In this document: piece by piece, positions 41,070 to 54,665 of the stretch | Layout: each line of letters opens with the position of its first letter | Numbering within the stretch: the first letter of the stretch is position 1 | Assembly (NCBI GenBank): GCA_951406725.2 | Contig: OX597824.1 | Span: forward strand, 46,810,001 to 46,874,000 | DNA from: Octopus vulgaris | Taxonomy: Eukaryota | Length of the DNA stretch: 64,000 nucleotides | Direction of reading: 5' to 3' | The notes under the pieces: generated by a model | Database searches by the model: none | What the model saw: the letters and a program-made list of their open reading frames with translations, nothing else | What the model was told of the DNA's origin: nothing | Position numbers and translations under genes: made by a program

Positions 41070-41705
41070 ATCATCATCATCGTTTAACGTCCTCTTTCCA
41101 TGCTAGCATGGGTTGGACGGTTTGACTGGGGACTGGTGAGCCAGATGGCTGCACCCGGCTCCAATCTGATCTGGCAGTTTCTACAGCTGGATGCCCTTCC
41201 TAACGCCAACCACTCCGAGAGTGTAGTGGGTGATTTTACGTGCCACCGGCACAAGGGCCAGTAAGGCGGTACTGGCAACGGTCACGCTCAAATGGTGTTT
41301 TTACGTGTCACCTGCACAGGAGCCAGTCCAGCGGCACTGGCAACGCCCTCGCTCGAATGTTGTTTTTCACGTACCACCGGCACAAGTGCCAGTAAGGTGA
41401 CGCTGGTAACGATCACGCTCGAATGGTGCATTTTACGTGCCACAGGCACGGGAGCCAGTCAGCGGGCCAGGCAACGATCACGCTCAGATGGTGCTCTTAG
41501 CGCTCCACTAGCACGGATGCCAGTCATGCGGTGCTGTCATCGAATTTGATTTCGATTTCACTTGCCTCAACAGGTCTTCGCAAGCAGAGTTTAGTGTCCA
41601 ATGAAAGAAAGGTACGCCTAAGTGGGCTGGTTACTCCACTGGCATAGGCCACGGGTTATGGTCTCACTTGGCTTGCCGAGTCTTCTCAAGCACAGCATAT
41701 TTCCA
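41070..41705 (-). mobile_element. SINE-like element with an RTE-type 3' tail and about five internal ~65-bp tandem repeats
   Basis: (CAT)n-CGTTTAACGTCC..TTTCCATGCTAGCATGGGTTGGACGG tail. TTTTACGTGCCACCGGCAC...CGCTCGAATGGTG units from about 41234 to 41530. Confidence 0.7.
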
Positions 41706-41814
41706 GTAATTAATAAACTGATAAGACAATAAAATAATAAGGATGTTAATTCTAATATCCTCAACAGCTATTTCGACCTTGTTCTTATTGTTCCTATAAC
41801 AAACGTGACTTTAA

Positions 41815-42700
41815 ATGGGGGGGGGCAAAATGAGTAAGTGGAACAAAATGAGTAATTTCTGATTTCTTTTTTTTTCCTGACCTTTTTAAAACCATTACAT
41901 TTCAAGTATTGCACCATCATTTTCTACTTTTGCATCATCTTTAGGGGCAAAAATCGGTGGGCATAGCTTTTGTTGAATTTGAGATAGTTTGGAATATAGT
42001 CAGATGTCAGTCAGGTACTAACTCTTTTTTCAATAAAGTTTTCCTTAACTTTTACCCGATTGTAACTGGGGTTGCTAATAAAATATATGTTTAACAATCG
42101 ATAATGTTCTTTTCCCTGTTTGGCTCTCGAGTCAATTTTTTACAACACTAATGTGTAATTGATAATAAAAAAAAGTCTAAAACGGGGCAAAATGAGTAAT
42201 AACTATTTTCAATAATTTCTTCCTTTTAATTGTACAGTGCGTACAATATCAAGAAGAGAAACATTCCAGTAGATCAGTGAAGAAGTTATAGTGAATATTT
42301 TATGTAGACTTTTTAGATTTAGCCGACTTTCATTAATTTCATATCATGTGCCATTTTCCCATGATCCTCTTTCATATTTTAAAGTTTTGTTGCATTTATC
42401 TTTCTAAGGATGGATATTGATGTGTATGGATCTTTTCTAAAATGTAATTCTGGAGGACTGAATGGGCAAATTTACCTTATTTGTCATTCATTTTGCCCCA
42501 CCTAAATTTGTCTTTACTATGCTCAAAGAGAACGGAGAAATTTTTCTGAAATAGTCTTCTGAACATGTTATAGTGTTTTTCATACATTTAGAGGTCATTT
42601 GCTTAGCTGATAGATAGTTTATGTAAGGTAGAGAACATTCGTAAAAAATACATTTTTTTCTAAAAGTCAAAAATGCAGTAAATCTTACTCATTGTGCACC
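41815..42700. mobile_element. Non-autonomous DNA transposon with repeated GGGGCAAAATGAGTAA subterminal motifs
   Basis: Motif at about 41822, 41840 and 42183, and inverted at about 42487 and 42684. Confidence 0.6.
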
Positions 42701-43168
42701 AATCATTAATATGGTCTAGTTTTAGTTTCTATTTTTTATTCAATTTTTTATTAATTCACTCACAATATCCAAGATTTTTTATTCTGTTAGGTTTCGTTTC
42801 CTTGAAATCTGCTTTCGTATGATTCAGCAACGTATTGTACATTTTGTGTGATGTTTTTCGCCAAGTCTTTACGATATATTTTGCAATAGGTTCTTAGAAA
42901 AAAATTTAAAATGTTCGCTTAATCATCTGGACGCTAATGATAACGTTTTTTGTTTTTCTTTTTTGTTTTTGCTGTCTGTTTGAAAGCAAATTTTCTAACC
43001 TCTAAGTATATCATATTCTTTATATGTCGTAATTATTTCAATATATTTTTTTTATTATCTCGCTACATTGTTATTAAATAATCGGCGCTTGGTGGTTTCA
43101 TTTAATTCTTAAGTTTGTTATGAATTTTTGTTTGTAATCTTTTGTTTCTATATTTTTACCGGCTTGCT

Positions 43169-43313
<145 letters not shown>

Positions 43314-43316
43314 GGC

Positions 43317-43348
<32 letters not shown>

Positions 43349-43378
43349 TGATAGATTGTGAGTGCTTGTGTGTGTGTG

Positions 43379-43432
<54 letters not shown>

Positions 43433-43439
43433 TGCGTGT

Positions 43440-44690
43440 CGGTGATTTGGGATACAGAAGCGGTTGGCACTGACTGGAAAAGTATCAGGAGAGCACATCA
43501 ACCGGAACAAGTCGGCGGATTTGGGACCTCAAATTTTCGAGAGACAAGGCACTGCCAGCCCGTGATGATTTCTGTCGCTGGACAGAGAGCCCGGTTAAGG
43601 TATTAGTGATCTGTTTCGAACTGGATCCATTTGCGGATAGGAATTAGGAAGAGATCGCGTACAGAATGGCCAGTTTTACTCAGGAACAGGCTAAGAGAAA
43701 GGTCAGGTATATGTGTTTGTGCTTACATTGTCTCATTGGCCATCATAACTTGTTCTGAGAAACATCTCACAAAACTGAAGTGCATAGAAAGGACAGATTC
43801 CGCAGGTCAGGAAATCCACCTGCTGCTAATAATCATATTGTGGTGGTCTCGAGACACTCTCACTAATAAATGGGTACACACTGAGGTCACATCGGCAAAA
43901 ATCTCAGAAGAAGAATATAAAAGTGAAATGGTGTGGGCACTTTTCGTACGCCGCGTCTTTCGTGTTTTTGACCGAGCTACCACCATGGGACAAATGCAAA
44001 CCGAGGCTGGCAATTTGACACCTAGAATGTTGCTTACTACTCACAACACATTCTCAGCTAGACAACGGTGTCGGCTAGAAAACAACACATGCATTTTAGT
44101 GGCTGTTAATAGAGGATATGCATGACGATGGCCTGGTAATGGCTCGAAGTTGACAGAAACACTAAACAGTCTCTTCTCGAAGACTTTCAAATCGAGGTCT
44201 ATGGACAACATCCAGTAGTCTTTTGTATGGCAATACTACGGGTTGAGTGGAGACTATAGAGCTGGCTGACATTACCTGTAGACAAGCTTTACAGATACAG
44301 AAATACCAACAGTCCGAAATGTATACTAAGTAACGAAACCGTCGTGAACATAATCGTTCAGTGTTTGTGCACTACCGAACAATGAGCTTGGCTGAACAGC
44401 TTCTGTACGGGGAATGCAACTATCAACCGAATCTATGGTAAAAAATCAACGAACCGCCTTTCTTTGGCAAGAACGAGCGGTTCGTCTTCCTCTGTCATTA
44501 TGGTAAAATATGTTATCTGGTGGACAGACATTTTCCACTCTGGCCTTGCTCTCATTAATTTCTTCGAATACATCTTCGAAAGGAAACTGAGAGTAGACAG
44601 TAAGTGCTATTTTTCTAGTGTGTTGTAGAACTTTGATGAAAGAAGCAAGATTGGCGAGGCTGAACGACGTACTCTGAATATACATTTTTC
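43440..44690 (+). mobile_element. Tx1/L1-like ORF2 3' fragment, heavily decayed
   Basis: MVKYVIWWTD..FHSGLALINFFEYIFERKLRVDSKC tail, similar to the other Tx1-like pieces in the window. Confidence 0.55.
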
Positions 44691-44940
44691 TTTCTATAGG
44701 AGGAATGAAACTAGTAGAGAGTACACTCTGTACTTTGGAAGTGGTAGATTAATTCACTGTATGAGTTTTCCCTGAATTGCATAAGTAGCTTTCGTCCCAA
44801 TATAGAGAAACTCTCCTTGTTGAAATGTTTGTTATATATTTTATTTCTGTTGAATTCTTTTTACTCATGTAAACACTACTGTTTCTATTTCGACCTTGTG
44901 TTGTCTGCAATATCTCGAACACGTATGTCTGATAAAATAT

Positions 44941-44990
<50 letters not shown>

Positions 44991-44995
44991 TATTA

Positions 44996-45035
<40 letters not shown>

Positions 45036-45603
45036 GATGATGATGATTGAGTGAGACAGCAGTGCATGCCATCAAAGGGACTTTGGAGTGTAAATATACG
45101 AAACCCAATATACCCATCATGATTACCTGTCTGATAAGGGTACACCAGGCACATGCATCACAACAATATGTGCATGACATGGTGATCTTTTATCAAGATA
45201 AACAGCGCATGACATTGCTGGTGGGGCCCCGTTAGAATTTTCTTCGAGTTGAGTAGCCAATCCCGCTCAAAAGGTCTCTGAATAAGGTCTGTTTAAGGAT
45301 GATAAACCAAACACCTATGTTTCCAGAGGTAAGTTATTCAACCTCCAAAGAACCCCTCTCAACACATGGTTATGATGCTCCCACACTACTTCTGCTCGTA
45401 ATCAGAGATGCACATATCATCAGCCACTAAGGGACATGCTCAACTGGTTAAAGTGAAGTAACTGACATGCAAGTCTGTTGTATCGAGCAGAATATTTGCT
45501 GTAACCTATCTTTTATACTAAGACAAAACAATGTACATGCTAACACTTCCAATCAGTTAAGATCAAAAGCCATGAGAGCCAGTGCCTAGTACTGTATTAA
45601 GGC

Positions 45604-45709
<106 letters not shown>

Positions 45710-45719
45710 TTTATTTTTA

Positions 45720-46542
45720 TCACGTGCTTTCACTGCACTACCGAGCGCAGCACTGTATGCCTTGAGTGTGTGCCGTGGTTTACTGTAGTGTTCTTATTTT
45801 CATTGTATTGAAAGTGCTTTACGTAGGATATGTGTGGTGCTTAGTAGTGCTCTTTTATGTATGTTATATGCACTTGTAAGTACTAGTATTTTGGCTATGC
45901 ATTTGTCTGAATATTTTTCTTTTCATACCCAATGCGCCTACTATTATAGGAATTGTTTCTGTTTGTAGGCCCCACATTCGAGTTACCTCTATTTCCAGAT
46001 CTTTGTATTTTGACAGTTTCTCTGCTTCTTTTAGAGAAACGTTGTCATCTGTTGGTATTGATACATCGATTAGAAGGCATTTTTTCTCTTGGTTATCTAT
46101 GATAAATATATCCGGTCTATTAGCCTTGATTCCTCTACCTATATGTATTAGCGTATCCCAGAGTATGGTTGCTTTCTCGTCCGTGACCTCTTCTGGGGGT
46201 GCTCTTTTTTCAGTTGTCATTTCATAGCGCTGGCATAGCTACCAGTGTATATAGATCCCAACTCTGTTATGTCTGTGATACATTCCTTCCTAGCCAGGAT
46301 TGGACAGCCAGAGACAATATGATTTATTGTTTCTTCTCCATCACCACATATTCTGCAGCTATTTGTATTTCTTCTCATTATGTGTTTTTGGTGATTTCTA
46401 GTAGGAAGGCTTTGACCTTGTGCTGCAATTAAAAAATCCATCAGTCTCTGCTTTGAGTCCCGAGCTTCTCAAACATTGTTGGGATTTTGCTTTGTCTATT
46501 TCCTTCTATTTAGTTTAACCCAATATTTTCATGTAGGGGACT
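45720..46542 (-). mobile_element. R4/Dong-like 3' fragment between (TAG)/(TTA) and (TCA)/(TTA) tracts
   Basis: IAAQGQSLPTRN..CRICGDGEETINHIVSGCP and ILWDTLIHIGRGIKANRPDIFI..IDVSIP. Confidence 0.85.
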
Positions 46543-46568
46543 TATCATCATCATCATCATCATTATTA

Positions 46569-46621
<53 letters not shown>

Positions 46622-46623
<2 letters not shown>

Positions 46624-47335
46624 GACAGCGAGCTGGCAGAATCGTTAGCACGCTGGACAAAATGCTTAACAGCGTTTCTTCTGTCGCTACGTTTTGAGTT
46701 CAAATTCCGCCAAGGTCGACTTTTCCTTTCATCTTTCGGGGTAGATAAAGTAAGTACCAGTTAAGTACTGGTGTCGATGTAATCGACTATACCCCACTTC
46801 CAAATTTCAGACCTGGTGCCTATACTAGAAAGGATTATTGTGGCTGTTGTTGTTGTTGATGATGATGATGATGATTATGATGATGATGATGATGATGATG
46901 CTGCTGATGATAATGATGGTAAGGCGGCGAGCTGGCAGAATCGTTAGCACGCCGGGCAAAATGCTTAGCGGCATTTCGTCTGTCTTTACGTTTTGAGTTC
47001 AAATTACCATTCATACTTTCGAAGTTGATAAAATAAGTACCAGTTGGACATTGGAGTTCATGTAATCGACTTACACCACCCCCATCCCACCTCAAAACTG
47101 CTAGCCTTGTGCTAAAATGTGAAACCGAAGTCGGTAAGTTGGCAGGACCGTTAGCACGCCAGGCAAAATCCTTAGCGGCTTTTATGTTCTGAGTTCAAAT
47201 TCTGCTGAAGTCGACTTTGCCTATCATCATTCGAGATTGATAAAATAAGTACCAGTCTAGTACCGGGGTCAATGAAATCGACTAGCCCACTCCCCCTAAA
47301 TTTCAGGCCTTGTGTCCAAAGGAGAAAGGACGATT
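46622..47335 (+). mobile_element. Three tandem SINE family B copies
   Basis: Heads at about 46622, 46921 and 47128, flanked and partly separated by trinucleotide tracts. Confidence 0.8.
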
Positions 47336-47338
47336 AAT

Positions 47339-47400
<62 letters not shown>

Positions 47401-47862
47401 TATCTTCGTCGTCATCATCATTATCCTCAATATTATTATTCTAAGCAGTCGCTCGGCAGTGCATATTCTAAAAATGGCAAGGTAATCAGAATATTCTACT
47501 TCCTACTGCTATTGTTGTTGATTTTGATTTTGTCGGATTAATGCCAAATTCATACCCTAAACATTGAGATGCATGACTACACCCGGAGACATACCTTATT
47601 TAGCATTTCAATAGGAATTTCTGTTTGCAAAGGGAAATTGCATTCACGTTGTGATGTAAGAGCAAAGTGGTGGGTTGTACTTAAAATGTAACTTTCTCAC
47701 GTACACTCAGTCATACCTGCTCACACACCTTCTCTAATCTCCTGTCGCTCTTGCTTTTTCCTTGTGTGCGTAGGGGTGATCCAACAGCTTTCACTGTCTG
47801 CCGTTCTTTTTTCTCGAACGAAATGTGTGTATCTATTAAAGCAAAATATCCATTTCCGGTTA

Positions 47863-47924
<62 letters not shown>

Positions 47925-49006
47925 TACACACACATATGAATGTATGGAGGGAGGGAGAGAGGGAGAGACTATATATATATACAAATGTGTGTATGTATAC
48001 ACACAGACACACACGCACATATATGTGCATATATGGGTACAGGATGTCACCAACAGTAAACAACATGAAATACGAAAAGAAATGAGTTAAATACGCAAAC
48101 AACGAGAGAAACAAATGGAAAACAGGACAAGTAACGATCCTCCATCTGTTGTTGGCTGTGTATCTACTCCTCAATTCGAGCATTGAACGACAATATGAGT
48201 CTTTGAAGACAGTTGCTCTCATAAATACCAAAATAAAATTTTGCATTTATGGAGGGTCAAAGTTGGGAACAAAAGCAGGACAGTGGAGACATACAAGGAA
48301 ACCGAACGAAAACAAACATGGAGGGTCATTAGACCAGAAAGAATTTGCGTATATTCATGTTTATATGCTCCTATGTATCTGAAAGTGAAAAGATACGTGT
48401 GTGTGTGTGTGTGTGTGTGTGTGCACGCGCACATTTGTATGCACATATATCACCATATATATATATATATATATTTATATATTCAAATATGAAAGAGAAG
48501 CAGCTTGTGTGCTAATAATCTCGACCAAGTATGCATAAGCTTTGTGTATTTGTCTGTAGGCTCTGATTTGGCATGGTAGAGATTATACTCCAAGTGCAAT
48601 GGTTATTCTAATTTTTGTTCAAAGTACTAAATTTACAATAATCTACGACAGTTGTAACTACCTCTCCTAAATATCTCTAACTCCTAGAATGCACCTCGTA
48701 CACCAAAATGTTCCCCTGTTTCCCAATTTTAGATAAGACATTGACTTCATCTAAGTAGCTGGTCTCTACAACAAAGTACAATTTTTGGTCCTTGTCCCTA
48801 AAAACTAAAGATTTAAAAGTGTTTTTCTTTTTTAGAATGGTTCAGAATTCTTTTAACAACTGTTCAGAATCAGTACAAGTTAATTCCTCGGTGTATTAAA
48901 GTTGGTATTGATGCCGAAGCTGAACCAATTTCGTATTAAATAATAAAACTTCCAATAAAGAGATTCCGTTATTTTGTTCTACCTGTGTATATATATATAT
49001 ATATAT

Positions 49007-49215
49007 ACTCTTTACTCTTTTACTTGTTTCAGTCATTTGACTGCGGCCATGCTGGAGCACCGACTTCAGTCGAGCAAATCGACCTCAGGACTTATTCTTT
49101 GTAGGCCTAGTACTTATTCTATCGGTTTCCTTTGCCGAACCGCTAAGTTACAGGGACATAAACACACCAGCATCGGTTGTCAAGCGATGTTGGGGGGACA
49201 AACACCGACACACAA

Positions 49216-49258
<43 letters not shown>

Positions 49259-49404
49259 TACGACGGGCTTGTTTCAGGCTCCGTCTATCAAATCCACTCA
49301 CAAGGCTATAGTAGAAGACACTTGCCCAAGGTACCACGTAGTGGGACTGAACCCGCAACTATATGGTTGGTAAGCAAGCTACTTACCACACAGCCACTCC
49401 TGCA

Positions 49405-49410
<6 letters not shown>
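49007..49410 (-). mobile_element. SINE family A copy
   Basis: Reverse complement of the family A sequence. Confidence 0.8.
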
Positions 49411-49445
<35 letters not shown>

Positions 49446-49540
49446 CGGGAAGGTTTACGAAAATAAACAAAAGACGAAGACAGGTGGAGTACAAACAAAT
49501 AATATATTAGTATGGCGCTCAGGAATAGAATTAAAACAAG

Positions 49541-49578
49541 TCTTTTACGTTTCGAGCCTACGCTCTTCGACAGAAAGA
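49541..49578 (-). ncRNA. Minimal hammerhead-like motif, A6U core variant (HHR-5)
   Basis: Minus strand: TCTTT-CTGTCGA-A-GAGC-gtag-GCTC-GAAAC-GTA-AAAGA. 5-bp stem I, 4-bp stem II, loop-less ACGT stem III. Confidence 0.5.
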
Positions 49579-49885
49579 TACACAGAAAAGAAACAAGGAG
49601 AGAAACAAGGAGAGAAAAAAATTGCTTATAGGGGCTAACGATCCAACATGTCCGGACCGTGTCAGCATGGAATAAAGGACGTTACATGATGATTTTATAT
49701 ATATATATGGAAGAAAGAAAGAAAAAACAAAGAAAGGAAAGAAATATAAGACTTCTTTAATTTCACTTCAGATATGTGAATATCACTATGGAGGACTTAC
49801 TTCATTTTACAAACGATGCTACATACACTCTTACTACTGCTGCTCTTGCTATACGTGTATGTGTGTGTGTGCGTGTGTGTGCGCG

Positions 49886-49940
<55 letters not shown>

Positions 49941-50079
49941 GAGTGTTTCTGTGTGCAGTTGCGTGTACAAATTCTTTAAAGTATGAATATTTTTGTTTTG
50001 CATTTGACTGTATTACTACACACTTCCATAGCCACATAATATTATTCATATATAGACATATATGTATGTATATATATAC

Positions 50080-50112
<33 letters not shown>

Positions 50113-50161
50113 TATATACATATATACATATATACATATATATACATATATATATGCATAC

Positions 50162-50276
<115 letters not shown>

Positions 50277-50402
50277 CATATATAGATACATATATATACA
50301 TATAAATACATATATATATATATATACATATATATATACTTATATATACATACATACATATATATACATACATACATATATATACGTACATATATATATA
50401 CA

Positions 50403-50434
<32 letters not shown>

Positions 50435-50482
50435 CATACATATATATATATATTTATATATATATATACTTTGTGCGAGTGA

Positions 50483-50516
<34 letters not shown>

Positions 50517-50676
50517 GTACATGCATATATACTTTTCACTTGTACATTGTTGTTCGAATTTAACTCATTGTATTGTTATGCAATATGAGATCCACGGTAA
50601 GTATTAAAGTAGATTTTAGTATATCAATGTTTGCTTACGATTTTATTGTTCTCGTCTTTTTTTTTGTGATTTGCAG

Positions 50677-50805
50677 GGTTTTGCGTTCACAAAGGTGATC
50701 AATATTTCATTGGAGAAACTTTTATGGGCCAAACAGTGTGTGACAAATGCCTTTGTAGTGACAACAGAGGGACAATAATTTGCTCTAATATCTGCAAGAA
50801 CGCAA
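50677..50805 (+). CDS. Coding exon B: VWC/pacifastin-like module 1
   Basis: Pyrimidine tract plus TTGCAG acceptor, 129 nt, phase 1-1, GTAAGT donor. Reads (G)FCVHKGDQYFIGETFMGQTVCDKCLCSDNRGTIICSNICKNA. Confidence 0.88.
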
Positions 50806-50940
50806 GTAAGTGTGTTATCTGACAATATTGGTTTGAATAATTTTTTATATTGATGTCGTTGTAGTGCTTTAGCTCACTGTCTATTTGAAAAATATTTCCT
50901 ATGTTTTGATTTGTCTCTCCAGCACAAAAATGTTTATTCT

Positions 50941-50987
<47 letters not shown>

Positions 50988-51346
50988 ATCCCTCCGACTC
51001 TCTACTCCTTGAATACACACTTACGTACACGCACGAATACACTCACACACACACATACACAAATATATTCATTATCTATGTATGTGCGCGGCGTGTAGCA
51101 CACCCTTTCAGCAAGCAATTCCCACCTGAACACAAATACAATAAATTATTCAACGGAAACAAGTCAGCTCCAGCTGCGCAAAAGCCACAACGATCATCAT
51201 CCCTACCAAAACCGCTCTGGGACTTAATTCTACATCATTGCAAACATGATATGGGAATTTATAGACCAAGCACCATCACATATATCGGTACTGAAGCATG
51301 GCCGCAGTCAAATGACTGAAACAAGTAAAAGAATAAAAATATAAAA

Positions 51347-51415
<69 letters not shown>

Positions 51416-51416
<1 letters not shown>

Positions 51417-52694
51417 GAGGGGCGTTCAATAAGTAATGCCTCTGACCCACTTGCAGTTGTTTGATTGATATAACTGAAATTTTGCATGTGCAATTATTTA
51501 TATCTCTATAGATTAAGTGACAAATTACAGCTTTGAACTAATAGTGGTTTCCGATTTACAGGTGTTTGAACTGAGTCAAGTGTGAAATGGAGCCTGTTGA
51601 GTGTCGAGCAGTGATCCGGTTTTTGTATTTGAAAGGACGCACACCACGGGAGACTTTTGATGAAATGAAAGAAACTTATGGTGATGATGCCCCATCATAT
51701 GACCTTGTAAAACGCTGGCATCGTGAATTCAAACATGGTCGGAACTCTGTGGAAACAGCTCCCAGATCTGGTCGCCCCCTTCTGCCATTGATGAGGCATC
51801 TGTCTGTCAAGTTGAGGCTGCCATTTTGGAAGATCGACGCATAACTATTCGCCAAATAGCCCATGAGGTCAAGATTAGTACCGGGTCTGTGGAAACTATC
51901 ATTCATGACCATTTGCATATGCAAAAGGTGTCTGTCAGATGGATTCCCAGGTTGCTCACACCTTTCCAGAAGCAAAAACGCGTCGATTGCTCGAGGATGA
52001 ATTTGGAGACGTGCCAAGAAGATGAGTCAAAATTTTTCAAAAGACTGATTGCATAGGATAAAACCTGGGTCCATCACTATGATCCAGAGACCAAAGCCCA
52101 GTCAATGCAGTGGAAGCACTGTGACTCACCTCCTCCAAATAAGGCAAGGGTGCAAGGTCATGCTTACAGTCTTCTGGGACCAGGACGGAGTAGTGAAGAC
52201 AGATTTCCTGGCAAAGGGTGCCACAATTACAGGAGTCTATTATGCTTCACTTTTGAGGAAATTAAGAGAAGCTATCAAAATCAAGAGGCGGGGCAAGATC
52301 AGCAAAGGCATCCTCCTCCTGCAGGACAACGCTCCGATCCACAACTCGCTTGTCGCCAGATCAGAAGCACAGGCGTGCGGCTATGAACTCATCCCCCATC
52401 CCCCTACTTTCCTGACCTTGCACCCTCTGATTTTCACCTCTTCCAGCCATGAAGTTGTTTTTGAAAGGAAAGCGTTTCCCAGATGATGCAGCCTTGATTT
52501 CTGAAGTCACGTCGTGGTTGGAGGACCAAGCTGGGGTCTTCTACAAAAACGGTCTTCAGAGCTGCATCAAACGATGGGAGAAATGCGTAACTCTGAGTGG
52601 TTCCTATGTAGAAAAAGACTAATAACTGTTCCAAGTTTCGTTGCTCTACTGCTATGGGAAGTGGGTCAGGGCATTACTTATTGAACGCCCCTCG
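51416..52694 (+). mobile_element. Full-length mariner (DD34D-type) transposon with a pseudogenised transposase at 51587-52622
   Basis: TIRs CGAGGGGCGTTCAATAAGTAATGCC(T)CTGACCCACTT at both ends, TA duplication, 1279 bp. Motifs RAVIRFL, WIPRLL, DKTWVHHYDPETK, LLQDNAPIH, PDLAPSDFHLF; frameshifts and a stop. Confidence 0.95.
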
Positions 52695-53198
52695 TATATA
52701 TATGCCCCCTCTGCCCCTCTGCATCTCAGAAAAATACAAATTAATCACACAAAACAAACGCATTCGAAATAAGAAAACTCTAATTATGTCACGATACAGA
52801 AACAAAAAACAAATCCATTTCGAAAAACAATCCTAACTCCATACGGAATAAAGCAAAAGCCAGACTAGTCATAACTCACAGACTTAGATCTTACATATAC
52901 ATGTATATATATAAAAGTATACGCGCCCGTGTGTATAAAAACAAGACTCACAACACATAACATGCAAAAGCATACACCCACAACATAAGTTGAAAATACT
53001 ACACACCATATAATATGCATGTGTGTGAGAGAGATGTTTATATGTATGTAAATGTTATATGCATGTATTTACGTATATGCGTATGTAATATACATTTATC
53101 TATATGCATGTGTAATATGTGCATATATATGGATATGCATATATGTATACGTGCACATCTGTTTTGGATATGTACATGGTGTATATGTGTATATCTCA

Positions 53199-53273
<75 letters not shown>

Positions 53274-54533
53274 TATATTATATATATATGTATATGTACA
53301 TGTATGTTGTTGTATTTAGGAATGGTCATGTTGCCTACGGAAAACACTTCATGTAAGTATATATTTGTATATGTGTATATATATATATATATACATGTCT
53401 GTATGCATATGTATGTATATACATTTGTTTATGCGTATATATATATTTGTATAGTGTTTATATATGTATATATATACATGTGTATGAATGTTGTATATAT
53501 GCACATGTATATGTTTATATGCATATGTATGTGTTATGAATATAAGCATATATGCATGTGTTTGTATATGTGTATACAGGGTGTCTATAAAGTCCGTGTG
53601 CAATTTAGTTCTGTCGTGTTAAGTTAGAAAGCTACAAGTATGTGAAATTAGCGAACTCATGGTTCATACTATCGAGTTATATTTGCTAGTGCTTGCTAGT
53701 TACGACAACAATAGATTTTTATTATCTTGCTAATACTGTCACTATTGGTGTATCTGGTACTTATCAAGCAACATGTAACAGATACACAAAGAATTTTGTT
53801 TACATAATTTAGTACTGAAACAACATAAAAGATTTTAAGGAAGATATTGATTTCAGGTTTGTTGTGGTGGCTCATCACAATGAAATGCAGGTCTTTCAAG
53901 TATGATGAAAAGAATTAAGAGTACAAAATAAGAAAACTGAGCGTACCTATTATGATAAGGGATATACTTTTTATGACAGTGAATACTGGTGGAAAATTTG
54001 TGTTGACATTTCCAGTAAACTGCACTGGCGTTATCGCGTAGTTTGTCCCACAATCTTACGATACTAGGTTCGGTTTCTTGTTGCGACTCATTAGAAAAAG
54101 TTCCTTCTATCAAGGCATTGGTTCAACTCAACTTTGAGCAATTGCTTAAACGAAATCTGTAAAAACTCGTTGTTGGACTGCATCAATTCTTTATGCTTCA
54201 TTTGCTCCTTGGGTTTTTAACATCTCCATTTGGAATTTGGATCCTCTTTGCAAGTATTCGGAGGAGGTTTCCTGTCAAATGGTAATTCATAAATCATGGT
54301 TGCGTCTTCTTTTGCTTTCATCGATCTCAGACTCTCTTGAAAAGAGTGGTAGATATTGCCCTTCCTCCCATGGGTAAGCCACAAAAAGTTTTAGAAATGC
54401 GAATATCACATATTTTCTCTACTCTTTATATAGACTTATAATCTAAGAATAAGGAGAAAATCGGAATGAAACGAGTTGGGTTATCTGCCATTAAAAATGT
54501 TTAGCATAAATTTATCTCTTTTTAATATTTCAG

Positions 54534-54665
54534 CAAAATGTATAAGAAATGAACATATATACGGAATTGGAATGTACTTCCTGGAGTCAGATGGATGCAA
54601 TACATGTAAATGCAAGCCAAAAGTCGGAATTGTTTGCACCAACATGACGTGTACTGTTGATAAAG
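54534..54665 (+). CDS. Coding exon C: VWC/pacifastin-like module 2
   Basis: TTTCAG acceptor, 132 nt, phase 1-1, AG|GTAAGT donor. Reads (T)KCIRNEHIYGIGMYFLESDGCNTCKCKPKVGIVCTNMTCTVDK. Confidence 0.92.

Noticed and set aside
41234-41530. CRISPR-like repeat-spacer array
   Set aside because: The units are wholly repeated with no unique spacers, there are no cas genes, and the context is eukaryotic.
47615-47655. AG-GT bounded segment GISVCKGKLHSRCD
   Set aside because: It ends in phase 0, which is incompatible with the phase-1 chain.
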